In this document: piece by piece, positions 63,161-64,000 of the stretch
How the letters are laid out: each line of letters opens with the position of its first letter
Numbering within the stretch: the stretch's first letter is position 1
Origin: Eledone cirrhosa
Lineage: Eukaryota
Length of the DNA stretch: 64,000 bases
Direction: 5' to 3'
Assembly (NCBI GenBank): GCA_964016885.1
Contig: CAXHJY010000268.1
Span: 1-64,000 of the forward strand
Position numbers and translations under genes: made by a program
Notes under the pieces: model-generated
Database searches by the model: none
Seen by the model: only the letters and a program-made list of their open reading frames with translations
Told to the model about the DNA's origin: nothing

Positions 63161-63666
63161 CTTAACCACACAGCCATACCTTCACCTATACTATACTAAC
63201 TAACACCTTAACCACACAGCCATACCTTCACCTATACTATATAAACTAACACCTTAACCACACAGCCATACCTTCACCTATACTATATAAACTAACACCT
63301 TAACCACACAGCCATACCTTCACCTATACTATATAAACTAACACCTTAACCACACAGCCATACCTTCACCTATACTATATAAACTAACACCTTAACCACA
63401 CAGCCATACCTTCACCTATACTATATAAACTAACACCTTAACCACACAGCCATACCTTCACCTATACTATATAAACTAACACCTTAACCACACAGCCATA
63501 CCTTCACCTATACTATATAAACTAACACCTTAACCACACAGCCATACCTTCACCTATACTATATAAACTAACACCTTAACCACACAGCCATACCTTCACC
63601 TATACTATATAAACTAACACCTTAACCACACAGCCATACCTTCACCTATACTAACATCTTAACCAT
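63161..63666. repeat. 46-bp minisatellite, ~11 near-identical copies
   Basis: cttaaccacacagccataccttcacctatactatataaactaacac repeated. Confidence 0.95.
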
Positions 63667-63689
63667 ATGGCCCTTCCTTCACAAATGTG

Positions 63690-64000
63690 TGGAAATGTGA
63701 CAATACAAACGTTATGTGTTTTCAAAAGATAAGTTATCATATTTCCCTGAACAATGTCACATCATAAACTGGCAGCTACTTAAAAACCATAACCTGATCC
63801 TTACTTATACCATTCTGGCCTCCACACAGGTGAAATGGTGGGATGGACAAACGAATGGGTTTGGAACAAGTGGAAGAAAAAAAACTGGTGCAACATAGAA
63901 ATCCCTGTTAAAGATAGCATAAGATCACAAGCTGAAGTATTTTGGATATGGAGTGAGACAACCCAAGGATTTGTGACTGATGAGCATTGTAATACATGGA
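63690..64000 (+). pseudogene. Highly decayed RTE (BovB-like) C-terminal fragment
   Basis: VEM*QYKR (cf. FEMWCYRR) and HKLKYFGYGVR (cf. KLKYFGH..R). Confidence 0.45.

Noticed and set aside
63161-63666. CRISPR-like array (also 55225-55550, 56940-57236)
   Set aside because: Units repeat head-to-tail without unique spacers; eukaryotic context and no cas genes

Overview
Eukaryotic, extremely repeat-rich, apparently intronic or intergenic animal DNA. The repeat repertoire (tRNA/CORE-like and tRNA/Nin-like SINEs, RTE LINE remnants, huge TA/CA arrays) suggests a coleoid cephalopod, probably Octopus. That is inferred from repeat style and not verified. About 28 kb (6.2-34.2 kb) is an interrupted (TA)n/(CATATA)n array, and almost every supplied ORF is a translation artefact of simple repeats. 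No intact host gene is visible; there is one candidate 57-nt minus-strand exon. Real features are 5'-truncated RTE LINEs, three SINE-like families, a non-autonomous Helitron and nested TTAA (piggyBac-like) MITEs. Most interesting are several ribozyme-like RNA motifs read by eye. These are minimal type-I hammerheads (18231, 24593, 35111/35222; longer-stem-II candidates at 42301 and about 50470), several inside fold-back inverted repeats typical of Penelope-like element ends. There is also a ~570-bp bipartite RTE-derived element that sits in TA/TG microsatellites, keeps a C2H2 finger remnant, and has a possible HDV-like fold at its 5' end. None of this was checked computationally.
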